64,000 nucleotides of DNA, taken from contig CANJPQ010000003.1 in NCBI GenBank assembly GCA_947476275.1, forward strand, positions 69,189 through 133,188. Reading direction: 5' to 3'. The DNA is from Fidelibacterota bacterium (GTDB lineage: Bacteria; Pseudomonadota; Alphaproteobacteria; Rhodospirillales; Rhodospirillaceae). The position numbers were made by a program, and so were the translations under genes. Of the stretch, positions 28,730 to 38,157 are shown piece by piece. The first letter of the stretch is position 1. The number at the start of each line of letters is the position of its first letter. The notes beneath the pieces are model-generated. The model was not told the origin of the DNA, did not search any database, and saw nothing but the letters and a program-made list of their open reading frames with translations.

Positions 28730-30133
28730 CTAGCGCCGGCGGCGCTCGATGAATTCTTGAAGCTGGTTCTGGGCCGTGACCCGGATGTCCTGCAGGCGAT
28801 ACCAAGTCGGCGTGTCTTTTTCGAGTAGTTTCTCCGCTTCCTTGCTGTAACGCACCACATCCTGGAATTGGCCCTGGATCAGCGCGCGCTCAGATGCGGC
28901 ATAGGCAGACAGTCCCGGCTTATCGCTCTGGAGATAGGACTTCGCCAGGAGATCCCACGCCCACGGGTCTTCAGCGTCGTAGCTCAAGGCGGCTTTCAGC
29001 GCCTTTTGAGCTTCCTCCGCGTACTCCGGATTGGCTGTCTCCACCATCGCGTGCGACATGGCGACCAGGTTCAGGGGTGCGTTCGGCAGCAGCTTGGTGG
29101 ACTCGCGATAGGCCGCAACCGAGGCGTCCAGCTTCCCGGTCTCGAACAGCATCTGGCCCTTCAGTTCCCAGAAGTACGGGTCCCTGGGGAAGTCCGCGAT
29201 GAGGCCATCGATGAGGGGCAGGGCTTTGTCGGTCTGGCCGCGACGGAAATAGGCGACGGAGCGGGCGTAGCGGGCCTCCACACTCTTATCGCTCTCCGGA
29301 TACTTCTGCAGCGTGGTCAGTTGCGGCTTCAGGAAGGCGAACAGCTTGGCGATCATGCGGCGATGCTGCGCCTCGATCGCCGGATCGAGCGGCTTGTCGG
29401 TATAGGGCGAGTTCTTCACCGCGTTCTCCACCACGTCCATGCGCGAACGGGTGAGCGGGTGGGTCATCATGTACGGATCCTGCCGGTCCGTGCTCAGCAG
29501 TTCCTGGCCGGACAGGCGCTCGAAAAATTCGTACAGGCCTTTGGGCGACTGCTTGGTGGCATCGAGCGCGGTGATCGCGAATTGGTCGGCGCGGTTTTCC
29601 TGGTCGCGGCTAAACGCCAGCAGCGCGCGCAAGGCCGTGCCTTGGCCGCCCATGCCGACCGCCATGCCGACGTCCGCGTTCTTCGCCAGCACGCCGGCGG
29701 CGACGCCGAGGAGGGTGGTGAGGAGCGCGATGGTGTTCGCCTTTGCCATGCTGTCGCTGAAGGTGACCGAGTGGCCGCCGACGATGTGGCCGGTCTCGTG
29801 GGCCATCACACCGATCACCTCGTTGGAGTTCTTCGCCGCCAACAGCAATCCGGTGTGCAGAAACATCTGATTGCCCTGGGTGACGAAGGCATTGATGCTG
29901 CCGTCCTGGATCAGGCGAATTGTGATCGCGTTCGGCTCGAGGTTTCCGGCCTGGAAGACCGGCCGGGCATACATCTGCAGGAGATTCTCGATCTCCGTGT
30001 CGCGGATGATATTCAGCCCTTGCGCCAGCGCGGGCGTGGCCGCGCCCAGCAGGACCATGACCACCACGACCGCGCTCATGAAGCTCTCGCGAACGAGCTT
30101 GGCTGTAGCGGCGAGGGACGGGGTGTGGGTCAT
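28730..30133 (-). CDS. M48-family zinc metalloprotease with TPR region (BepA/YfgC-like)
   Basis: HETGH in GVMAHETGHIVGGH; signal/TM at the N-terminus; TPR-like C-terminal half. Confidence 0.85.
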   Translation of the reverse strand: MTHTPSLAATAKLVRESFMSAVVVVMVLLGAATPALAQGLNIIRDTEIENLLQMYARPVFQAGNLEPNAITIRLIQDGSINAFVTQGNQMFLHTGLLLAAKNSNEVIGVMAHETGHIVGGHSVTFSDSMAKANTIALLTTLLGVAAGVLAKNADVGMAVGMGGQGTALRALLAFSRDQENRADQFAITALDATKQSPKGLYEFFERLSGQELLSTDRQDPYMMTHPLTRSRMDVVENAVKNSPYTDKPLDPAIEAQHRRMIAKLFAFLKPQLTTLQKYPESDKSVEARYARSVAYFRRGQTDKALPLIDGLIADFPRDPYFWELKGQMLFETGKLDASVAAYRESTKLLPNAPLNLVAMSHAMVETANPEYAEEAQKALKAALSYDAEDPWAWDLLAKSYLQSDKPGLSAYAASERALIQGQFQDVVRYSKEAEKLLEKDTPTWYRLQDIRVTAQNQLQEFIERRRR

Positions 30134-30314
30134 GGGACTCGGGGGGAACGGGGCACACTGAAGCGGTCAAACTACCTTATCCGGGCAGTCCCCCGATACG
30201 CGCAAAATTGTGACTGTCGACCCGCATTGGGTTTCAATTTCGTAATTTAATCAGCGTTCTAGACCGCAAGGCACGACCCGCTCCGGTTGCGACGGCGCGC
30301 CCGACAAGCGTCAG

Positions 30315-30333
30315 TACCTTGCATTGCAAGGTA
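30315..30333. promoter_or_regulatory. perfect 9-1-9 palindrome upstream of padR (candidate PadR operator)
   Basis: TACCTTGCA-t-TGCAAGGTA, ending 32 nt upstream of the padR ATG. Confidence 0.45.
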
Positions 30334-30364
30334 TCGTGCGGTATGTAGTAGTGGTTCGGGAGAG

Positions 30365-30727
30365 ATGGCGGTGTCGGAAACAGTCCTCGTTCAGTTGCGC
30401 AAAGGCGTCCTCGAGATGTGCGTGCTCGCACTGCTCGCCGATGAGGACGGCTACGCCTACGACATCGCCAGTCACTTGGCCGAGGGCATCGGCATGGGTG
30501 AAGGCACGATCTATCCGCTCATGCGGCGGATGCAGACCGACGGCCTGGTGAAAACCTATCTCGCAGAATCATCGAGCGGTCCGCCGCGGAAGTACTACCA
30601 GCTCACCAAGGCGGGCCGCGCGGCGCTGGCCGAGCAGATGGGCGAATGGAATGCCTTCACCGCCGCGGTCACCCGCCTGCTCACCCAACGGGGCGGCGCA
30701 CCGAAATTGAAGGGAGTCGGCACATGA
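30365..30727 (+). CDS. PadR family transcriptional regulator
   Basis: LRKGVLEMCVLALLADEDGYAYDI...GTIYPLMRRMQTDGLV...RKYYQLTKAG. Start trimmed to ATG 30365 (GGGAGAG Shine-Dalgarno). Confidence 0.9.
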   Translation: MAVSETVLVQLRKGVLEMCVLALLADEDGYAYDIASHLAEGIGMGEGTIYPLMRRMQTDGLVKTYLAESSSGPPRKYYQLTKAGRAALAEQMGEWNAFTAAVTRLLTQRGGAPKLKGVGT

Positions 30728-31302
30728 CCCGATCGGAATTCCTCGACACCCTGCGGCGGCGCCTTAGCGGCGTGCCGGCCGAAGACGTCGACGATGTCAT
30801 CGCCGACTATGACGCCCATTTCGCTGATGGGGTCGCCGCCGGACGCAGCGAGGCGGAGATCGCGAGCGCCCTTGGCGATCCGATCCGGCTTGCCCGCGAA
30901 TTGCGGGCGGAAGCGGGCTTTCGCCGCTGGGAGACGGAGCGCACACCGGCGAATTTCCGCGCTGCGTTGTTCGGCCTGATCGCGCTGCTGGCGGTTGATT
31001 TCATTCTGCTGCTGCCGGTGCTGGTATCGCTGTGCTTTGCAGTCCTGATCGCCGGAATTGTCGCGCTGTCGCTGTGCCTGGCGGGCATCGTGCTGATCGT
31101 CAATCTGTTCGGTTCCGACCTTCAGGGACTGCACGGGCTCACGCGCACGATGGGCGGGGTCAGCCTGCTCGGGTTCGGAATTGGCGGCGGCGCGCTTCTG
31201 TTGCTGCTGCTGGACTGGCTGGTGCGGGCGCTCGGGCACTTCGCACGGCTGCACTACACCCTGTTGAACCAGGCCGACTTGGCTGGGCCCGCACGAGCAT
31301 AA
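30724..31302 (+). CDS. DUF1700/HAAS-type membrane protein (PadR partner)
   Basis: ATGA overlap with padR. MTRSEFLDTLRRRLSGVPAEDVDDVIADYDAHF... followed by TM helices. Confidence 0.75.
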   Translation: MTRSEFLDTLRRRLSGVPAEDVDDVIADYDAHFADGVAAGRSEAEIASALGDPIRLARELRAEAGFRRWETERTPANFRAALFGLIALLAVDFILLLPVLVSLCFAVLIAGIVALSLCLAGIVLIVNLFGSDLQGLHGLTRTMGGVSLLGFGIGGGALLLLLLDWLVRALGHFARLHYTLLNQADLAGPARA

Positions 31303-31312
31303 GGAGGTTGCA

Positions 31313-32053
31313 ATGTCGAAGTTGGGTTGGACGGCTGCTGCCGGATTGAGCGTTGGCTGCGTGGCCTTGGGACTGACGGTGGCGTTAGGGGCCGACGAGT
31401 GGAGCCGCTTTCGCTTCGACGACCTGATGGCAATGGGCGCCTGCGAGTCCGATGACACAGGCATCGGCGTGCCCGATGGGTCCGAGAGACGTTGGGCCTG
31501 GACGGGTGGCGACACTGTCGTGGTGATGGTGCCGGCAGATGTTCACTATCGCGGCGGCGAGGGTGATGAAGTCATCGTGCGCGGCGCGCCGAGCCTGGTC
31601 TCGCGGGTCCGCGTCGGGGACGGGGAAATCTCGATGTGCAAGGGCAATCGCGGCGGCGGGCGTCTTGAGGTGACGCTGCCGGGCCGTCAGTTCCGCAGCA
31701 TGAGCGTTGCGGGGTCCGCCGACATGACGCTAGAGAATGTGACATCGCCGGACTTGATGCTGGGGATTGCCGGCAGCGGCAACATTCGCGCGCAAGGCAC
31801 CAGCGAGAATGTGAAGATCAATATCGCCGGTTCGGGCGATGCGCATGTTGCCGACCTCACAGTGAAGAACATGAAGCTCGATATTGCCGGAAGTGGCTCC
31901 GCGGAAGCCGCACCGCAAGACAGCCTTGATCTCCGGATTGCGGGCTCGGGAGAGCTAAAGCTCTTGAGCCAGCCGAAAAAGGTCTCCACCAAAATTGCCG
32001 GTTCCGGCAAGATCGTTCAGGTCGCCGACGGCACCACAAAACACAGCGACTGA
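31313..32053 (+). CDS. DUF2807/GIN-domain (adhesin-head-like beta-helix) protein
   Basis: Repeated (I/V)AGSG(D/S/E) strands (GIAGSGNIRA, NIAGSGDAHV, DIAGSGSAEA, RIAGSGELKL, KIAGSGKIVQ). Confidence 0.75.
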   Translation: MSKLGWTAAAGLSVGCVALGLTVALGADEWSRFRFDDLMAMGACESDDTGIGVPDGSERRWAWTGGDTVVVMVPADVHYRGGEGDEVIVRGAPSLVSRVRVGDGEISMCKGNRGGGRLEVTLPGRQFRSMSVAGSADMTLENVTSPDLMLGIAGSGNIRAQGTSENVKINIAGSGDAHVADLTVKNMKLDIAGSGSAEAAPQDSLDLRIAGSGELKLLSQPKKVSTKIAGSGKIVQVADGTTKHSD

Positions 32054-32099
32054 TTCGGCGGCGGCGTTATGATGCGCCCGACGAGAGAGGGCGCATCGC

Positions 32100-32795
32100 G
32101 TGAACGATCGGGCGGCAATCGAGGCGGAGGCCGTAAAGGCGCGCTATGAGCGGCGTGCCGGCGACGCGCGCCACGATATCTTCGCGCCCGACGTCATCCT
32201 GCGCGGGCAAGCGCGGGAACGGGCCCTCATCTCGTTATTTCAGCATGTCGGCGCTTTGCCGCTCGACGCCAGAAGTGTCCTCGAACTCGGATGCGGCGAA
32301 GGGATCATTCTCCTCGGCCTGATCCGTCTCGGCTTCGATCCGGCGAAACTGACCGGACTCGATCTCCGCGAAGAGGCTGTGGACGCGGCGCGTCGCATTC
32401 TGCCGGCGTCGGTGAAGCTGATGGCGGGCGATGCGAGCGCGGCGCCCATCGACGGCGCCTTCGATATCGTCACCCAGTCGACCATGTTCAGTTCCATCCT
32501 GGACCCGGCAGTGCAGGAGACGGTCGCACGCCGGATGTGGGCCCTGACCAAATCCGGCGGGGCGGTGCTTTGGTATGATCTTGCCTATGACAATCCGCGC
32601 AATCCGGATGTGAGGGGGCTGGCCCTGCCGCGCATCCGCGCGCTGTTCCCGGAAGGCGACATGATTGCGCGGCGCGTGACCCTTGCGCCGCCGCTCGCGC
32701 GACTGGTCGCGCCGATTCATCCCAGCCTCTACGCGATCTTCGACGCGATCCCGCTGCTGCGGTCTCATCTGTTGTGCTGGATCCGTAAGCCGTGA
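32100..32795 (+). CDS. class I SAM-dependent methyltransferase
   Basis: VLELGCGEGI (motif I), LTGLDL, FDIVTQSTMF; GTG start. Confidence 0.75.
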   Translation: MNDRAAIEAEAVKARYERRAGDARHDIFAPDVILRGQARERALISLFQHVGALPLDARSVLELGCGEGIILLGLIRLGFDPAKLTGLDLREEAVDAARRILPASVKLMAGDASAAPIDGAFDIVTQSTMFSSILDPAVQETVARRMWALTKSGGAVLWYDLAYDNPRNPDVRGLALPRIRALFPEGDMIARRVTLAPPLARLVAPIHPSLYAIFDAIPLLRSHLLCWIRKP

Positions 32796-33877
32796 GGCGT
32801 TTTGCAGCGTGCCTTCTGGCGGCGCTGGTGTCGGCCTGCGCCGACGGCTTGCCGCCCATCCGTTTGCAACTCGGTGAGGGCACGCTGCCGCCGGCGCCAC
32901 ATTTCCAGGGCTTGCTTGCGGCTGACGAACCGGAAGCCGTGCTCGCGGCGTCTCAAATCCTGCAGGGCCGCGGCAATGCGGCGGATGCGGCGACGGTCCT
33001 GGGTCTGGCGTTGGCGGTGACGCTGCCGGGGCGCGCCGGACTCGGCGGCGGCGGGATTTGCCTCGTGCGCGATGCCAAGACGCGCCATGTGGAAGCGGTG
33101 GACTTTCGCGACCTCGGCGGATATGCGCGCGGGTTCGCTGCCCTGCACGCCCGTTACGGCGTGTTGCCTTGGGGGCAGGTGGTCGCACCGGCAGAGAACA
33201 TGGCGCGCTTTGGCGTGGTGGTGTCGCGGGCCCTCTCAATGGATATCGCCGCAGACGGCGCCGCGCTGATTGCCGATCGCGGCGCGTTCACGGTCTTCAC
33301 CAATGCCCAGCGCCAATTGCTGCGGGAGGGCGATCTCTTGCTCCAGCCAGATCTCGCGGACGCGCTTGCGCGCCTGCGTGTGCGCGGCGCCGGGGGTAGC
33401 GGTCCGGTCCCTGCGTGGCGCGCGCCGTCACGCCGCAGTGAGCGGGGTGTAGAGGTAATCGCCTTCGATGGTGAGGGCGCCGAAGGCGCGGGCACCAGCT
33501 TTGTGGTTGGCGATCCCGCGGGCGGTGCGGTGGCCTGCGGCGTCAGTATCGGCGCCGTGTTCGGAACCGGCATTCTCATCGACGGCGGGCTGACCGCGAC
33601 ATCGATGCCGGCAACAAGGGCTGCGATCGTCATCAATGCCGACACCGCCGAACCGCGCGCGGCTCTTGCCACGGCGGGTGCGGACGCGCGCTTTGCCCGC
33701 AGCCTCACCGGGGCAATCCCGCTGCGCGCAAATCTGCGCATCGACGGTGCGGACGCGGGCCGCGTGAACGGCTGGAGTTGCGCGCAGGACATCAAACTGA
33801 ATGGCGCGATGTGTAGCGCGGTCGCCGACCCGGCCGGCGCGGGCTACGCTCTCGCGCTTGTGCCGCCGCCGGGTTAA
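32792..33877 (+). CDS. gamma-glutamyltransferase-family lipoprotein, unusually short
   Basis: Lipobox LVSAC. GGT N-terminal motifs (GNAADAATVLGLALAVTLPGRAGLGGGGICLV, LHARYGVLPWGQVVAPA, LLQPDLADAL). AGTSFVV occupies the place of the TTHFSV autoprocessing site. Confidence 0.6.
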   Translation: MRRFAACLLAALVSACADGLPPIRLQLGEGTLPPAPHFQGLLAADEPEAVLAASQILQGRGNAADAATVLGLALAVTLPGRAGLGGGGICLVRDAKTRHVEAVDFRDLGGYARGFAALHARYGVLPWGQVVAPAENMARFGVVVSRALSMDIAADGAALIADRGAFTVFTNAQRQLLREGDLLLQPDLADALARLRVRGAGGSGPVPAWRAPSRRSERGVEVIAFDGEGAEGAGTSFVVGDPAGGAVACGVSIGAVFGTGILIDGGLTATSMPATRAAIVINADTAEPRAALATAGADARFARSLTGAIPLRANLRIDGADAGRVNGWSCAQDIKLNGAMCSAVADPAGAGYALALVPPPG

Positions 33878-33885
33878 AGTTCGCC

Positions 33886-35034
33886 ATGACCATCAAGATC
33901 GCTGCCCGCGGCCAAGTGCCGCCCTTCATCGTCATGGATGTGATGCGCGATGCCGCCCGTCTCGAGGCGGAAGGCAAGCGCGTGGTGCATCTGGAGGTCG
34001 GCCAGCCGTCGACGGGAATCCCGGCTGCTGCTGCGGCCCGCGTGCGCGAGATGATCGGCGTCAATGCCCTGGGTTACACGGTTGCCGGCGGTATCCCCGA
34101 ATTGCGCGCGCGCATCGCCGCGCACTATCACGACGTCCACGGCGTCTCGGTCGATCCGCGACGCGTGTTCATCACCACCGGCTCATCGGGCGCCTTCATG
34201 CTGGCGTTCCTGGCTGCGTTTGCGGCAGGTGACCGCGTGGCGCTGGCGGCGCCGGGCTATCCGGCCTATCGCCACATTCTCACCGCCATCGGCGTGCAGC
34301 CGGAGCTGATCGCCGTCGGTGCGGACAGCCGCTATCAGCCGACTGTGGCGCACCTGAAAGCACTCCCGAAGCTGCCGGACGGGCTGATCGTCGCGAGCCC
34401 TTCGAACCCGACGGGCACGGTGATTCCGCCGGCGGAGTTCCGTGAACTCCAGACCTTCTGCGATACCCATGGCATTCGCTTGATCTCCGACGAAATCTAT
34501 CACGGCATCACCTATGGCCAGGCGGTCACCACAGCCGCGGGCGAGGGGACGACCGCCATCGTGGTCAACAGCTTCTCCAAGTACTTCAGCATGACCGGCT
34601 GGCGTCTTGGTTGGCTGGTGCTGCCGGAGGATATGCTGCGGCCTCTGGAGTGCCTGGCGCAGAACCTCTTCATCTCGCCGCCGGCGGTGTCGCAATGGGC
34701 CGGCGTGTTCGTATTCGATTGTCGCGACGAACTGGAAGCTAACGTTGCGCGCTATGCGGCGAACCGAGCTCTGTTGCTCGATCGCCTGCCTGGCCTTGGC
34801 TTCGACAAACTCGCGCCGGCCGATGGCGCGTTCTACATCTATGCCGACGTCGCCCAGTTGACGGACGACGCGCAAGTTTTCTGCCGCCGCATGTTGAACG
34901 AAGCCGGTGTGGCCACGACGCCGGGAATCGACTTCGATCCCATCAACGGACGCCACTGCGTGCGCTTCTCCTTCGCCGGCTCTACGCCGGACATGGCTGA
35001 GGCGTGCGAGCGCCTTGCGCTCTGGAAGAAATAA
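33886..35034 (+). CDS. pyridoxal-phosphate-dependent aminotransferase (class I/II)
   Basis: NSFSKYFSMTGWRLGW (PLP lysine); 382 aa. Confidence 0.9.
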   Translation: MTIKIAARGQVPPFIVMDVMRDAARLEAEGKRVVHLEVGQPSTGIPAAAAARVREMIGVNALGYTVAGGIPELRARIAAHYHDVHGVSVDPRRVFITTGSSGAFMLAFLAAFAAGDRVALAAPGYPAYRHILTAIGVQPELIAVGADSRYQPTVAHLKALPKLPDGLIVASPSNPTGTVIPPAEFRELQTFCDTHGIRLISDEIYHGITYGQAVTTAAGEGTTAIVVNSFSKYFSMTGWRLGWLVLPEDMLRPLECLAQNLFISPPAVSQWAGVFVFDCRDELEANVARYAANRALLLDRLPGLGFDKLAPADGAFYIYADVAQLTDDAQVFCRRMLNEAGVATTPGIDFDPINGRHCVRFSFAGSTPDMAEACERLALWKK

Positions 35035-35066
35035 AAACGGGCGCTTTTTTAGCGCCCGTTTTTTTA
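35033..35066. terminator. bidirectional rho-independent terminator
   Basis: AAAAACGGGCGCT-ttttt-AGCGCCCGTTTTT, lying between the convergent aminotransferase and rne stops. Confidence 0.85.
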
Positions 35067-35067
35067 C

Positions 35068-38000
35068 CTACTCAGTCTTTCCCTGATTCCACCAGCCGCG
35101 CCGCGGCGGGCCGCTCGGCTCTGACTGTGCCGGCGGTGGCGGCGGCGCGCTTTCCACGACCGGCGCCGGCGGCGGTGGCGGAGGCGGCGGCGCGCTCACG
35201 ACGACCGGTGCCGGTTTAGGCGCCGGTGGAGGCGGCGGAGGCGGTGCCGCTTCGACAACGGGGGCATAGGCGATCGGTGCCGGTGCGGCCGATGATTGGC
35301 TTTCCGGCGCAGCGTCCTTCTTGCCCCACAATTTGCTGAAGAAGCCGCGCTTCTCCGTTTCGTTGGTTGCCGAGGGCACGTCGACTTGCACCGGCTCCGC
35401 GGTCTCGTCCGGATGCACGGCCGGTGACGCAGGGTGGGTGCGGTCCGCCGGGAATGGCGTATCCAACTCGCCGACCTGGACGCCGTTGGCGTTGTCTTGA
35501 TCGCCGAAGGCACCGTTCTCGCCATTGCGACCGCGACGGCGGCGTCCTCCGCGCCGGCCACGTCGACGTCCGCGCCGGGCTTCGCTGTCGCCGCCGCCTT
35601 CGCCGTCACGGGCTTCGCCATCCGGCGCCGCACGTTCGGTGCCGCCTTCTACGAAGGCTGCAGGTTCGCTGACTTCCCGGGGCTGTTCGGGAACACGTTC
35701 AGGACGCTCGCCCTGGGGACGGTCGCCCTGAACCCGGTCACCTTGAGGCCTCTGGCCGTCGCGTTCGTCGCGACCGCGACGCTTCCGACGGCGGCGTCGA
35801 CCGCGTCCGCCTTCGCCGTCCTTGCGCTCGCCGCGCTCGCCCCGGTCGCCGTGATCGGGTTTGTCACCGCGATCACCCCGGTCGCCGCGCGCCGCACGGT
35901 TCTCGCCGCGCGCACCGGTGTCCTCGGCTTCTTCCTCTTCTTCCTCTTCGATTTCCTCAACCTCTTCCTCGACCTCGACGGTCGGGGCGGGCAGGGCGGC
36001 CATCGCATTTTCATCCGGCAGGCGCGGTGTACCCTTCACGCGGTCGATGCGCAGGTTCGGCGCGATCAGCGCCGGATCGCCGAACACGAAGATCTTGATG
36101 CCGTACTTTGTCTCGAGGTTGGCCAGCATCTCGCGCTTGTAGTTGAGGAGATACAGCGCCACTTCCGGATGGGTGAAGACGCTCAACTCGCTGGAGCGGC
36201 GCCGTCCGCCTTCTTCCTCGATCATGCGCAGCGTGTGGACCGCCGCAGACTCGGTCGAACGGACGAGACCAGTCCCGGCGCAAGCGCTGCAAACCTTGAA
36301 GTTGGTCTCGATCAGGCTCGGCCGCAGGCGCTGGCGCGAGAGTTCCAGCAGGCCGAAGTGGCTGATGCGGCCCACTTGGATGCGGGCGCGGTCCGCCTTC
36401 AGGGCGTCCTTGAGCTTGCGTTCAACCGCGTGGTTGTTGCGGTTGTCTTCCATGTCGATGAAGTCGATCACGATCAGGCCGGCGAGATCGCGCAGACGCA
36501 GCTGGCGCGCGATTTCTTCCGCGGCTTCCATGTTCGTCTTGTAGGCGGTCTCTTCGATGTGCCGTTCGCGCGTGGCGCGGCCGGAGTTCACGTCGATCGC
36601 GACGAGGGCTTCGGTCTGGCCGAACACGATCGAGCCGCCGGAACGCAGTTGCACCGATGGGCTGTTGATCGTCTCCATCTGGCTTTCCACCTGGTAGCGG
36701 TGGAACAGCGGGGTGATTTCGTCCCTGTAGAGTTGGACCTTCTTCGCGTGGCTGGGCGTCAGCATGCGCATGAAGTCCTTGGCGGTCTTGTAGCCTTCCG
36801 CGCCTTCGACCCACACTTCTTCGATATCGCGCGAATAGATGTCGCGGATCGAACGCTTGATCAGGCTGCCTTCCTCGTGGATCAGCGCCGGCGCACGCGA
36901 CTGCATGGTCACTTCGCGGATGCTGTTCCAAGTGCGCTGCAGGTATTCGTAGTCGCGCTTGATCTCGGCGCGGCTGCGTTCCGCACCGGCGGTGCGCAGG
37001 ATGACCGCCATGTTCTTCGGCAGTTCCAGATCGCCCACGATCTGCTTCAGACGGCGACGATCCTGCGCGCTGGTGATCTTGCGCGAGACGCCGCCGCCAC
37101 GGGCGGAGTTCGGCATCAGCACGCAGTAGCGGCCGGCGAGGGACAGGAAGGTGGTGAGCGCGGCGCCCTTATTGCCGCGCTCTTCCTTGACGACCTGCAC
37201 CAGCATGATCTGCCGGCGCTTGATCACCTCTTGGATCTTGTAGTGGCGCGACGCGACAAAGCGGCGACGATGCTTGTCGTCTTCGCCTTCGTCCTCGTCT
37301 TCCGGATCTTCACCGCCGATGGTCTCGACGCCCGGCGCTTTGGCAACCTGAGCCGGGGAGGCTTCGCCCTCGGCCGTTTCGGTGGGAGCGTCGGCGCCGG
37401 CCTCGGTTGGCGGCGGGGGCGCGGCATTCTCAATGACGGGCTGTTCGCTTGCTTCAGCGGCTGTGCTCACGCCCTCGGCTTCGGCCGGCGGGGCGACTTC
37501 CTCATGTTCGTCTTCATCGTCGGCGGTCTCGTCGCTCGGCGGCGGTGCTGAGATCGCGGGCGGGATGAATGCGAGCGGCAAGGTGTCGTCGTGGGTGCCG
37601 TGGTCATGGCCGTCGTCGTGCGCATGGTCATGGTCGTGGCCATGATCATGTCCGTGATCATCCCCATGCTCGTGTCCGTGATCATCAGGATGGTCGTGGT
37701 CGTGCCCATGATCATGGTCGCGATCATGTTCCATCGCCGCGGCGCGGTCGGCTTGCGCCTCTTGCTCGATCTGTTCCTGGGTCAGCGGCGGCGCTTCGCC
37801 GGCGGCAATCGCAGCGTCACGGGCGGCGCGCTTTTCGCGGCGGCGGCGTTCACGGTTCTCTTCTTCTTCCTCCTGGCGCGCGGCTTCCGCGATCAGGCGT
37901 TCGCGGTCGGCGACGGGGATTTGGTAATAGTCAGGATGGATTTCGCCAAATGCCAGGAAGCCGTGGCGATTGCCGCCGTAGTCGACGAAGGCCGCTTGCA

Positions 38001-38157
38001 GCGAGGGCTCTACCCGGACGACTTTCGCCAGGTAGATGTTGCCCTTGATCTGCTTTTTAGTTGAGGTCTCTACATCGAATTCGTCAAGACGGGTTCCGTC
38101 CAGCACCACGACCCGGGTCTCTTCCGGATGCGTGGCATCGATCAGCATTCTCTTCAT
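35068..38157 (-). CDS. rne: ribonuclease E
   Basis: MKRMLIDATHPEETRVVVLDG...NIYLAKVVRVEPSLQAAFVDYG and the catalytic core (GLIVIDFIDM...). Arg-rich and Pro-rich C-terminal half. Start trimmed to ATG 38157. Confidence 0.95.
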   Translation of the reverse strand: MKRMLIDATHPEETRVVVLDGTRLDEFDVETSTKKQIKGNIYLAKVVRVEPSLQAAFVDYGGNRHGFLAFGEIHPDYYQIPVADRERLIAEAARQEEEEENRERRRREKRAARDAAIAAGEAPPLTQEQIEQEAQADRAAAMEHDRDHDHGHDHDHPDDHGHEHGDDHGHDHGHDHDHAHDDGHDHGTHDDTLPLAFIPPAISAPPPSDETADDEDEHEEVAPPAEAEGVSTAAEASEQPVIENAAPPPPTEAGADAPTETAEGEASPAQVAKAPGVETIGGEDPEDEDEGEDDKHRRRFVASRHYKIQEVIKRRQIMLVQVVKEERGNKGAALTTFLSLAGRYCVLMPNSARGGGVSRKITSAQDRRRLKQIVGDLELPKNMAVILRTAGAERSRAEIKRDYEYLQRTWNSIREVTMQSRAPALIHEEGSLIKRSIRDIYSRDIEEVWVEGAEGYKTAKDFMRMLTPSHAKKVQLYRDEITPLFHRYQVESQMETINSPSVQLRSGGSIVFGQTEALVAIDVNSGRATRERHIEETAYKTNMEAAEEIARQLRLRDLAGLIVIDFIDMEDNRNNHAVERKLKDALKADRARIQVGRISHFGLLELSRQRLRPSLIETNFKVCSACAGTGLVRSTESAAVHTLRMIEEEGGRRRSSELSVFTHPEVALYLLNYKREMLANLETKYGIKIFVFGDPALIAPNLRIDRVKGTPRLPDENAMAALPAPTVEVEEEVEEIEEEEEEEAEDTGARGENRAARGDRGDRGDKPDHGDRGERGERKDGEGGRGRRRRRKRRGRDERDGQRPQGDRVQGDRPQGERPERVPEQPREVSEPAAFVEGGTERAAPDGEARDGEGGGDSEARRGRRRGRRGGRRRRGRNGENGAFGDQDNANGVQVGELDTPFPADRTHPASPAVHPDETAEPVQVDVPSATNETEKRGFFSKLWGKKDAAPESQSSAAPAPIAYAPVVEAAPPPPPPPAPKPAPVVVSAPPPPPPPPAPVVESAPPPPPAQSEPSGPPRRGWWNQGKTE

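Noticed and set aside
35434-37551. 705-aa plus-strand ORF opposite rne
   Set aside because: It is an antisense shadow. RNase E on the other strand is unambiguous.
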